From Podarcis melisellensis (taxonomy: Eukaryota): DNA of 64,000 nt. Location of the stretch: NCBI GenBank assembly GCA_964234715.1, contig OZ174276.1; one strand, written 5' to 3'. Below, piece after piece: positions 1 to 41,630 of the stretch. The first letter of the stretch is position 1. Each line of letters opens with the position of its first letter. A model generated the notes under the pieces. That model was given only the letters and a program-made list of their open reading frames with translations, did no database searches and had not been told where the DNA came from. Made by a program: the position numbers and the translations under genes.

Positions 1-2362
1 AAAAACAACAACAACAACTCAACTAAGTACATGTTGGTCAGAGAAGAATAAAATTCCTTAGGAGGAATTTGAAGAGACTTGGTGGTATTGCAGTTAGCGT
101 GCAGGCTGCGTTCGCAGAATACCTCTTGCATTTTTGCTATTCTTCAGACAGGAGGCACAAGTGACCATGTTTTGAAAAAGCCACCACTATGCTAACTTCT
201 CAATGAAATATTGAAATCTAGTCCTAAGTTGTGGACAGTTACAGGAAGATATGGAACCATTGTGAGTCCACACTGCAGTCCATGCCTCCTATCATGGGCT
301 GATTTGCAATGATCATGTTATGTCTGGAGAAGAGCAGCACACTGAATGGGGGCAAAAATCTAATTAGCCTTGATGCAGATGGAGTTGTTAAAAGTGGTTA
401 TTGGCAGTATTAGGCTCATCATGTAAGGCCAAGCAATTAGGTAGGGTGGGGTAAAAAATCTAGTACCCTCCAGATGCTTTTGGACTATGGTTCCCATCAT
501 CCCTGACAATTAGCAATGCTACCTTGGGGAGTTGTAGCCCAAAAACATCTGGAGGGTATAGGAAAGCTTTGTTTGTACCATGTTGACTTTTTACATAAGG
601 AAATACACATAGCTACCTGTGCCTTAGACCCTGGTAAGGCATCTGGTTTCAAAGGAGACTGTATGCAGGAGCTTGCATTGGGTGTCAGGAATCCCAGGTT
701 AGCATAGACTTGGTGAAAGGAGGATGAAGAGATGGGAGAAGGAATGTGGTGTGTGGAGCTCAAGGTAAATGAACTTTAGGCTAGAGGCCTTGGTGTCAAG
801 ACTCATAGGTCTCATTCCTAGCTGTGCCATTTCCATATCTGTGCTTTACGTCCCAGCTTTACAAAACCCTTTGAGTAAAAATATTGTTTTCAGTGCAATA
901 CACTATAATAATCTCTCTCCTCTGTAATGGCCCACTCCTCTGTAAATCTTCCATGCCCTTCCCATTCGCTACCATTGTCCATACATCCCTTGGTTCATTC
1001 AACCATGACATCAGCTGTCCAGAAAACCAGAGAGAGATAAATTTGTTCTGCAGTTCCCTTACATATTTGTGGGGAAGAGAATTGGGATTTCTGAGTGCCC
1101 TATTTGCCCTGGTAAAGAATTGCTGCCTGTATCCATTCACCCCCACCATTATCCCTTATTCACTGTTGCTGTCCCTAATCATACAGAGATCCCAGGGTTT
1201 ATTCTGCATGAGACAGCAATCCAAGGGACCCAATTCTCCTACAGAATTGGCATTTTCATAATCATTAGCCTGCATACACTATGGCTAACATGATTTGGCT
1301 CTTTCATCTCCTTTACTGTTGCAATCCATGCTTGCTCCAGTGCATGGAAAAGCTAGGGCACTGTCCCCAAATAAGCGCACTGTGAATTCTGTGCCATTGA
1401 AACACACACACATGCACACATACAGAAATTCAAATTCAGTAAGCAGAAACTACAAACTATAAGTGATTTTTTTAATGAACAATACAAATCTGTATGAATA
1501 TTTCTATAACGTTTTGTTTTTGTTTTGGTTGGCATTGAGATATTTTGGGTCACTACAAGAAACGCTTCAGGGAATTGAATGCAGCAAAACAATAGGGGGA
1601 AAGTGGATATAGAATGACTCTGGAAGAAGGGCATGTGGCATGGGAGTGGGGAGGAGGGGAGCCACAAGCAACTGCTACACCCAGGCCTAATATCACAGTT
1701 TGTGGTATAAGAATAGCTGCAGTGTGGTAACATTTGAAGGAAGACAATTCTGTGGGTGGAAGCAGCAAGGTAGTTTACAAACCCATAACAGTTCTGCAGG
1801 TCCTGGGAGAGGTCACTGCTCCTATGGGAGGTAACTATGCTGCTGGCCCCAGCCACATGAATCCATTGTTACTAGAGGTCAGCCATGCTGTAGCAGTTCC
1901 TATGCCATTCATAAAAGCAAAGTAACACTCAGGGTTTATCCACAGTTATATTTCCTCTACTTCTTCCAGGCACAGTCTGCGCTTTAAAACACCGCATTCA
2001 AGTGCTCTCTCTTTTTTTGCCCCATCGCATTCCCTGCAAAAACCCACTCTTTAAAGCTCAATCAGAGCAAACAGCAATCTTCTGGGAAACCCAAATTGAT
2101 GCTTGCTTCGATTGGGTTCTAAAGAGCAGGTTTTCACAGGGAAAGCTTCAAGGGGGGCAGGGACCCAACAACTCTTGGACATGGAGCTTTTGAGTGCAAA
2201 CCTGTGTCTGGAAAGAGCAGGAGAAATGGTAGCTGTGGATAAGCCCCCAGTCTTGTAGACTGCCAGAATCCTGGGGTATCCACTGAGGGTTTATCCACAC
2301 TTTCTCTTGTCCCGCTGCTTTCCTCCAGGGAAAACTGCTCTTTAGGGCTCAAGTTATCTCTC

Positions 2363-2902
2363 ACTTGGAGTACTGCAGTGCGATCTATGTGGGGCTACCT
2401 TTGAAGGTGACCCAGAAACTACAACTAATCCAGAATGCGGCAATTAGACTGGTGACTGGGAGCGGCCGCTGAGACTACATAACACCGGTCTTGAAAGACC
2501 TACATTGGCTCCCAGTACGTTTCCAAGCACAATTCAAAGTGTTGGTGCTGACCTTTAAAGCCCTAAATGGCCTCGGTCCAGTATATCTGAAGGAGCGTCT
2601 CCACCCCCATTGTTCTGCCCTGACACTGAGGTCCAGGGCCAAGGGCCTTCTGGCAGTTCCCTCACTGCGGGAAGCCAAGTTACAGGGAACCAGACAGAGG
2701 GCCTTCTCAGTAGTGGCACCCGCCCTGTGGAACATCCTCCCACCAGATGTCAAAGAGAAAAACAACTACCAGACTTTTAGAAGACACCTGAAGGCAGCCC
2801 TGTTTAGGGAAGCTTTTAATGTTTAATAGACTATTGTATTTTAATATTTTGTTGGAAGCCGCCCAGATGGGTGGGGTATAAATAATAAATTATTATTATT
2901 AT
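2363..2902 (+). mobile_element. 5'-truncated L2-clade LINE (ORF2 C-terminus, 3'UTR, (TTA)n tail)
   Basis: [39 protein letters not shown] motif typical of L2 ORF2 end; upstream in-frame stop; ends aataataaattattattatt. Confidence 0.85.
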
Positions 2903-4888
2903 ATTGTAATCCGAGCAAATAGCAATTCAGGTTCCCCCCAAATTGCCATTTGTTCCAATCTATCGCTAAAGAGCATGTTTTCCCTTGGAAAGGAACAGGG
3001 CAAGGGAAAACTTCTTGGACCCATGCTTTCTAGGCACGGCACAAGTGAAAAAGTCAACAAGCTCTGAGTGAGGCAGTCACCAAGAGGTGTGGCTATTGAG
3101 TTCTGGTTGCAAAGCAAAAATATAATTTCTACAACTACTGTTAAACTTTTGGTCAACTGCCAAAAAGTCCAGAGAATCCATCCCCGGTCCTCTGTGAATT
3201 CTGAATGCAATGCAAAACGAAGGTCTAAGGGATGAGAAGGAAAATAAGGTTGCTTCATCTTGTTTTATGAGGTGCCTCACCTTTGGGATCCACAACAGAT
3301 CCTGCATATGGCCCCCAAAAAAGGCTTGACTCTGCAAGATCTTCTAACAGGTTGAATTAAGTTATGTGACAGAAATGGATTTGATGCCCAGGCCATGTAC
3401 CTTGTTCATGGACAGCTCAGGAACACAAGGTAATGTGAGGGCACAGGCAGCATTCTTACCAAATTGCCAAAGAGGAGGAAATTCTGAGTACCCAAGTACG
3501 AAGCACTGAGGAAGATCTGTTCAGTCTAATGCAGGCTGCTCTCCCAAGATTTACAGGTTTTCTGGACATCAGATTCCTGAGGGATCTTCCTACTTAATGT
3601 GTCATCATCATTATCATTACCATCATCTATATGTGTGTCTCCCTCTTTCTTTCTCCTCTTCCTTCAGAGTTTTTGATCTCATCTGTCATTCTGTGCACCT
3701 CTGTTCAGTGACATCCACTTAATGAACCCCAAGGACCCTGACCGTCTAACCCCCATTTCCATTGGTCCTATCTCAGCTAATGCACTAGCTGGTCAAGCCC
3801 CACCCTGAGCATCTTGTGTGATCTCCAGCCCACAGCCTTGGCTCAGGAATGGCACATGGCCCATAGTCTGTCAATTTCATTTCTTTCTTTTCTACCTTAA
3901 GGATGCACCCATTTTTTGCACCAAGAGCCCACAATCCGGATCTCTCCCTTAGAGCAATCTATACCAGAGCTATGAATGAGTCTCAACGTGTTCTCTGTGC
4001 ATGCTTTTGCACTGTGCTGCATGCTGCATGCTCTTTTTGCATGCTCTAGTCTTGCGCATTTGATGAAATCTGTTCTGTTGAATGTTTGTGTGCATTCTCC
4101 TTGGACCCCATCCCTTTACCACTGCTGTCTACTGCTGTCTTGGATAGTTGGGATTTTATTTGGGTTTTTCCTTTGTTTTACACTTTTTTACTTTTATATA
4201 GACAATGAGCTCTTTGGGGAGAACTCTGTGTAAGTTTGGAAGAGGACCTTAAAAGGGATACATTCTGGAGAGGAGAGATTACATCATGAGAGACTTGGTT
4301 GGATAGGACACATGGGACTCATCTACAACTAGGGGATGAGAGTAGCTCTAGTGACCCAAGCTAGGAGCCTAGAATATTCCTATTTCTGAAAACTGATACA
4401 GTGGGCTAGAACAGAAGCCAGGAAACTGCCTCCAAGTCTAATACAGACAACATAAGCGTCTCCTTGCAGAGGTCTTCAGACTACAGTCATCTCTGGCTAA
4501 AGTCACTGGCAAAAACCCAGTAGATAATCTTGCAGAATGTTTAAGGTAAATCTCAGTGGGATGAATTTCTAAGCAACATGTTTAGGAGTGCAACCAGGTC
4601 CATACAGTTATTATGTGGGGTTATTTCCAGGTCCATTTTCTAGTAGCTGATGTGGAATCCTCATACCAGTATCTGAAAGCAGTTGGGTGAAAGCAAAATA
4701 AGGTGTGATAAGAGCCGAGTATCCAGATAATAGCATATTGCAACTGGGCTCTGGTCCTCATGATATTGGGTGGGAAGTGAGGTTAAAACATGAGTAGGAG
4801 GATTCGATGCAAGTTATTGAACTCAGAGTTCTCCCCAGAGCTCATATACTCCTCTGTGCATGATAACCTGGGTGGTGGGGAGTTGTGA

Positions 4889-35078
<30,190 letters not shown>

Positions 35079-35959
35079 CCGAGAAGTGGTTTCACCTTAA
35101 ACACATGCGTGCCCGCGCGAAACACACGAAACACACACACCCGAGAGGGATGGCATTCCCGGTTGGGGGAGGGGGGAGGGGAGCTGTGAGGGGAGGGGGA
35201 GAGAGAGAGAGCGCTTGAGGAAAGAAGGAAGGAAGGAAGGAAGGAAGAATGGGTGGGTGGATGGATGAATAGCCGCGAACTCAACTGATTTGGGGAAGGC
35301 ATCCCGGAAGAGAACCCTGCAGACGTGGGCAAGGGAAAGAAACTTTTTATCTTTTGTTGGGGGGGCTTGGGGAGGGGGGTGGGGGACAAGGGTTTGGGGG
35401 TTGGGTGGGGAGGCTAGGGAAGAGAGGGTCTGGGAGATCAGAGCATGTTTATCTTTTACAGATCAAGTCGTGTGTGGTGATTTGAGGGTGGGAGGGGGGG
35501 ACGTTACTCAGAATTTACAAAAGAAAATGCACTCAGGTGTGGGGAAATTGTGCAGTCCAAGAGCCCCACGCTTCAGCTAACTATGCCTCTGAGAAACGAG
35601 ACCAGAAGCCACTTTACCTAGGGACGGGTGGGAGCAACAGAAAGGAGTCTGTCAACCTCAGCAAAGACGTTTTGGAAAAGTTTAAGAAACAAAAACCTTT
35701 TAAAAAACGTAAAACGAAGCAAAAAGACAAAAAATATTTTTCTGGGCTTCTATTGATGAGTTTTATCATCTCAGTTTACCTGGTTAACTTAAAAAAAAAG
35801 TTTTAAAAAAGTTTGTGGCCTGACCTTTTAAGAGGGACACACGCACGCAAACACACACACCCAACACACAAACACACACACACACACACAAACAAAAGGA
35901 GTGCTTGCTGGTTATACCAAACCCTAATATTACTGCCTGCAGAGATAAAAAAAAGAAAT

Positions 35960-36240
35960 AATAAAACTAAACAGAAAAAAACAAAAAAGGACAAAAACAA
36001 TTGATAAAAATGAAGCATTTTCTTCTGACATTTTGGTCCTGCTTGAAAAATAAGAAAAAGAAATGACATCAAAAAATTACTAATTCCTCAGCTTCTTTAT
36101 TTCTTTTTTCCTACTTTGTTTGAAAAAAAAGTTGAAAAAAAACCTGTGGGATTGGGACTGTGAAATATTGCATGAAACAAAGTAAAAAGACAAATGATGA
36201 AAAATTTTAAAAATCCTTTAAAAAAAACAAAAATATTAAA
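35960..36240 (+). terminator. Candidate CACNA1A polyadenylation signals (AATAAA 35960-35965; ATTAAA 36235-36240)
   Basis: Hexamers in an A-rich 3'UTR; T-rich sequence follows the second; actual cleavage site not determinable from sequence. Confidence 0.4.
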
Positions 36241-38976
36241 AAAATGAATTTTTAATTGAAATGTGCTTTATTGTTAGTTTCCTCATACTTTGCTCTCTTC
36301 CTCCCTCCTTCCCTTTCACCTTTTTCATTTATAATGCTACGTAAAGTAAAATGTACAGCTATGTATGGTTGATGAGAAGCATTGGTTGCTGCTGAGCTGC
36401 AAAGAATGAACAACAAATCAGATCATTAAGCAGAAGCTGTTCAACAAGAGACCTTGGATCAAATGTGGGTCTCTTTATAATCTAATCATTCCCAAGTACA
36501 CCTATATGTCTGTGTTCAACCACAACGGGATCTCTTACCTAGTTCTTCACCCTGACAGACACCTAGTTGGTTGTCTGTATATTTTTATACCATACCTGAG
36601 GCCCCTGTAGTCAACATCTGGAGTGATATGCTGAAAGCACCAGAGAATGAAGCCCTTTGTCGTCTTCTCTTCATCACTGACCCAGCTGCTAGACACATCT
36701 CAAGGATTGGTGGATGAAATTCGCTATTGAATATATAATGAAAGTGTCATAAGGTCTCCAAACCTATTTCCCCATTATAACACCGTCTATCAATATTAGA
36801 GTACAGTAATGTCAGGGCCAAAAATGGATTTGGGTGTGTGTTCAGTTTACATATTTCACTTTCACACATGTGATGGTGAACAATGCATATTTGCCACTAT
36901 GTGTATATGTGACGGAGTGACCTGGCCAGTCCTGGCTTCCTTGTCTGTACCCATTTGACAGAAAAGATTGCAAACAAATATTTTTCACTTACAAGCAATG
37001 CATGTTTACATGTACATTCATACAAGAGTGATTCTCAGGGTCATTTGATACACACATAGAAAAATTCTTATGGACTGTATTTGAGGCTGTTTCAGCAGTT
37101 ACTCCCCAACTATAAATTGGCAAAAAAACTGATGATCACTAACAACTTCTTTGTAACAGAAGAGAAAGCTACTACACTGAAAGACCAGCTGGTGTACAGC
37201 AGCTGTGACTGAAACACTCAAGAATAGCATTACTACTAGAGACAATTGTGGTCACAGGTCTAGCCCTGTATCTGAATTCAGGCAAATCCCATATAAGTGG
37301 GCCACATGCAGATCAGCATCTTGGGCCCCTACAGCTTTAATACCCCCAACTCTAGCAACAAAGCTTTTGAAAAAAGAATCACGGGCCCATTGAGCACAAT
37401 CCGAAGGCAAGATCCCTTGTAGGTAAAACATACACGCTAAAGATTCAACCAGTTCATCTCAAATATAATGCACCACAATGGAACATTTTTATCTATGCCA
37501 GAAAAGCCTATCCTATGAAGAAAGAGTTTATTAAAAAAATAATACTGTATAACACTTCCTCAACACTGATGGTCCCTTGAATAATGTCTGCTAGTTCAGC
37601 AACGTACAAATGGCGTTTGCGATAAAAATTTGGCTTACCGTTCTGCAATGCAGCAGGGCTTAGTTAACACTGTTTATCAGCACTGTGTAAGGATCTGTCT
37701 TGGGACCAACTGTGCCTTCAAAACTAGCTGCATGCTCTCTCCATTGCTTGTAAAAGTGGAAGACTAGAACATGCGAGACTCTTCAGAAGATACTGCTCCT
37801 GTGTTGCTCAACGCATGAGCAACTAGTAACTAGTCTCTGCATGAGCAGCATGGCAGCCTGCACCAGTGGGGCTTTCCAAATGCTTCCTCATGATCTGGAG
37901 CCCCAATCACAGATTGCAGAATGGTGCTTGTGTTGTTTGTGTGTGAAGATTGGGAGTAGGACTATTCAGCATGCCCCTGCTCCTGTGTTGTCCGGGTTTC
38001 AGGACTTGGAGAGCTCATGGGCAAGACCTCTTCCATGGTCCCCACTCCCATAGTGAACATAGTGCTGCTCTTCTTTCTTGGCATTGCTGCCACCTCCTTG
38101 CTTGCCAGGTCAAAAGCCAGCAAGTTAGCAAGCAATCTGTTGTTTTGCCTCACTACTGCTCTCATCTGGGTGAGAATGAGAAGTGGGCAAATAAGCAGGC
38201 TGCAGTACTGAATAGGAGAAGAGGTGCAGGAGCCTGGCTGGGGTGTGGGCCCTTGGCAGATACTTGACCATGCTGACCACAGACACCAGTGTTAAGCAAA
38301 ATGTGGGTGGTGGTATCTTCTGAATTAAGTTAGAATGGCAGGAAGAACTAATGTGAGTATTCTCTGGGGACGGCACATTATTCTGCAGAAATTGACCTAA
38401 GGACTAGAAGGGAATTTTGCTACACCACCCAACTTCCTCATGTTCAGGTTCTATAATGAAGTCTCCAAGGAGCTGTCAACCAGAGTGTTAAATTTAAAAC
38501 AGCAAGATGTATCACTAAGGTATGGCATCTCTCTCACACACATTCACTTATTTCTGTTAAGAATGTGAATAAAATGTTTATCGTTCCTTGATTTAAAATA
38601 TAGGGATGCTGGCCAGATTAATTTGCTTCAAGGACCAAATCTGGTATGCAGGGGACCAAGTGGCAATCCCTGGATTCGAGCAGTGCTTTAAGATGCTGCC
38701 AGTTTGGCACCTGTAGGTGTGTTAATATGGGAGCAAGGAGAGATGGCCGTGGGCTCCTGATGTTCATGGAAGAAGCCAGTAACATCCCAAATAATGGCCA
38801 CTAGTGGGGCTGCCTTTGACATACGCTGGAACTAACAAAGCCCCACTTAGAGTTGGCAATAAGGGTAGTGTGTCTACATTTCCTTTTATAGCACTTGCAT
38901 ACCTTTAATTTGAAATGTTTTACATGAAGGTAATAAGCCTTCATGGTGGCAGGTGGCGAAGGTAATAAGCCTTCAT

Positions 38977-39336
38977 GACGCAGGTGGCGCTGTGGGTTAA
39001 AGCCTCAGCGCCTAGGACTTGCTGATCGAAAGGTCGGCAGTTCGAATCCCTGCGGCGGGGTGCGCTCCCGCTGCTCAGGTCCCAGCGCCTGCCAACCTAG
39101 CAGTTCGAAAGCACGTCAAAGTGCAAGTAGATAAATAGGGACCGCTTACCAGCGGGAAGGTAAACGGCGTTTCCGTGTGCGGCTCTGGCTCGCCAGAGCA
39201 GCGATGTCACACTGGCCACGTGACCCGGAAGTGTCTCCGGACAGCGCTGGCCCCTGGCCTCTTAAGTGAGATGGGCGCACAACCCCAGAGTCTGTCAAGA
39301 CTGGCCCGTACGGGCAGGGGTACCTTTACCTTTACC
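38977..39336 (+). mobile_element. Full-length Sauria SINE
   Basis: gacgcaggtggcgctgtgggttaaa head, gttcgaatcc B-box, gtgcaagtagataaatagg core, (ACCTTT)n tail; TAATAAGCC repeated at both flanks. Confidence 0.92.
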
Positions 39337-39619
39337 TAATAAGCCCCACTGCCTGTATGATGGCTGCAGAAATCTTAACTTGCTTTACAAGGCCTTAATT
39401 GACCATACTTCAGCACTAATGGTTTGCCTAAAGCTGGAGTGAAGCCATAAACTATGGCAACTGTGTAGCAACTACACACATTGTTCACTGCATATCCACC
39501 TCATCAGTCACCCCATTACTATTCAAGCACCTGGGGAAACTGTTCAGTCTGGGAGCCTGGACCTATGTTTCTGCATTCACAAGTGCAGTTCTGTCATTGA
39601 AAAGGTAAGTTTCAGCATC

Positions 39620-40372
39620 AGTTGCCACATGGCGAGTCAACAGAAATCACTGCCCTCTCTACCAATGCAGGTTGTGTTTGGCATCTATCTGTCTTGAGAG
39701 ACAATGGAATGTGCCTCCAGGGGTGAAGTCTGCAGAGACTGGTAACTGCTGCCTCCCGCATTGTTTCTGCTGAATGACCAGCACTGAAGTGACCTCTTTG
39801 GTGCAAGCTTGGGCTGTGCGTATGGAGGTCCTGGGCCAGCCAGACAACAAGACCTCAATCTCAGCCTCACTGATGTGGTCTAAAAGAAACCAGAGAAATA
39901 CATTTGGGATGAGCTTGGCTGCAGGAGTTGCTGAAAGGAGATGTACAAGGCACCATCCAACCATCTTAGGGACTCCACGGATTTGTGTAGGATTTACTCC
40001 TTAGCCATTTCTTCTCCCAAAGATGTCCCACAAGGCAGCGGGTATGGATTTTTCCTTGGGGTTTACCCCTGAAGCCTTTATCATGAATGAGTATAGCCAC
40101 AAGTTATCAGAGGGTTAGGACCAGAGTTTTCCTTCTCCTAGATGCGCTATCTTCACAGGTACATGAGCCCCTCCCCCCTCATTTCCTTCTACAGCATGTG
40201 CAGTAACTGCCTTCTGGACTCCTGGACCCGTTGTTGATTTCATCCGCTTGATCTGCCAGAGCCTGTCTTCGCATGCGGGGGAAGTCCCTAACTCACTGAA
40301 GGTTTAGCCAGTCAATCAAAGCCATTTCCTGGGATGTGGCTGCTGTCACATGCTGACAGATTCTATGAAGCT
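39620..40372 (-). mobile_element. Interspersed repeat, possibly an RTE-clade LINE 5' region or derivative
   Basis: Recalled resemblance to a common lizard repeat (agcttggctgcaggagttgc...ccatccaaccatcttagggactccac...gatttgtgtagg); no intact ORF; class and strand uncertain. Confidence 0.4.
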
Positions 40373-41329
40373 ACCTAGAAAATAATGGCCAAGCTGGTAG
40401 CGGAGACAAAGCTCTGTTACTTGGTAACTCAGCAGAAAAAGATGCTAGCAGTATGGATGTGCAAGTTCACACTTCCAAAGAGCTAAAGTAGTGTGCTGGC
40501 TGTCCCCAGAATACTTGTTGTAAGCATCATCAGATGTTTGGATGACAAACAAAAAAGAAACTGTCAGGCCTAGCCAAAAAGACACCTCTTAAATCCTACA
40601 TCCTACATCCATTATCTACTTAAAACAAGAGAGAGTGACATCTTAGAAGTGGTACAGATGCAAACACTGTGGCTGCAATCCTATGGGAATATATCTCATT
40701 AAACTCAGCATGACTTACTTCTGCATAGTCATGCATTGGATTGAGAGGTATGCGCTTGTGACGCTGTAAACAACTTGGATGTAACCTGTATCTTGTTAGA
40801 CGCACTTAGGTTGCCTGGGAAACTGAGGATACCAAAGTAAAAATATTAAAAATGTTTAACATGAACTTGGGCTTTCCCCCACTTTTTTATGGGAAGGACG
40901 ATTTGAGTCTTTTAACATCTAGCAGCAAAAACCCATCCCAAAGAATATCCCTATTTCCTCCTGATGAGTGGGAAAGCAATTTATCATTCCCTTCCCATAT
41001 AATCCACAAAAGAGCCTTCCAACCACATTCCATTTCCCCCCAAAACCCCACTATACCAAGAGACTGAATAACAACACTGGACTACACTGAAGGTTTGTCA
41101 TACACTACTGTCTCACAACAACAGCACACACCCAGCAAGAAGCCCCCTTCTAATTTTTGGAATAGCCAGGCCCCCTAAGGTCATTAAGGGACCAAAGGGG
41201 ACGACTCTGTGCCAGAGGACAAATGGGTTGGCCTCTCTCTCTTGGCAATGATGAGACCTAGAGGAAAAGCAGCAAGCTTTGCAGTTTTACGTTTCCTGCT
41301 TCCTGCACTCGACAAAACAGGCGCTCAAT

Positions 41330-41552
41330 TAATAGTCACCGCCCACTCTTCCCAGCCAGCCAATTGCAAGGGCTCCGTCAGCCTCGCGCAAAGTTAATTG
41401 AATGAGTTTCAAGGCTGGGCCGCCCACCAATCGCTTTCGTTCCCCCCACCCACCCACGGAAGGCGTGGCTTGCCCGGAACCCTGCTCTAGTTGTCATGTG
41501 AGTGGCTGGTCACATGACCGCCTCTCTGGCAACTGCTGCAGGAGCTTCAGCT
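41330..41552 (+). promoter_or_regulatory. MAN2B1 proximal promoter/5'UTR (CpG-rich, TATA-less)
   Basis: CCAAT at 41360 and 41427; GC boxes CCGCCC at 41339 and 41420; ETS-like CCGGAA at 41474; M-box/CLEAR-like GTCATGTGAG 41493-41502 and GTCACATGAC 41509-41518. Confidence 0.75.
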
Positions 41553-41630
41553 ATGGGGCTCCGCTCGGGTTTGGGGTTCTTGATGGGGGCAGCGCTGGTG
41601 GCGGCAGCTGCGGCGACATGCGGCTACCAG
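41553..41630 (+). CDS. MAN2B1: MAN2B1 exon 1 (signal peptide)
   Basis: ATG GGG CTC...TAC CAG|gtaagg; [26 protein letters not shown]; other in-frame ATGs at 41514 and 41583. Confidence 0.85.

Noticed and set aside
2475-2826. 111-aa ORF and its antisense ORF (also 59233-59565)
   Set aside because: Truncated L2 LINE ORF2 remnants, not host genes.
3640-3910. Strong-looking acceptors at 3667 and 3901
   Set aside because: No convincing donor at exon distance and no channel-like peptide.
40260-40375. Possible HDV-like ribozyme at the 5' end of the putative RTE-derived repeat
   Set aside because: Could not build the nested double pseudoknot by hand, and the repeat class itself is uncertain.
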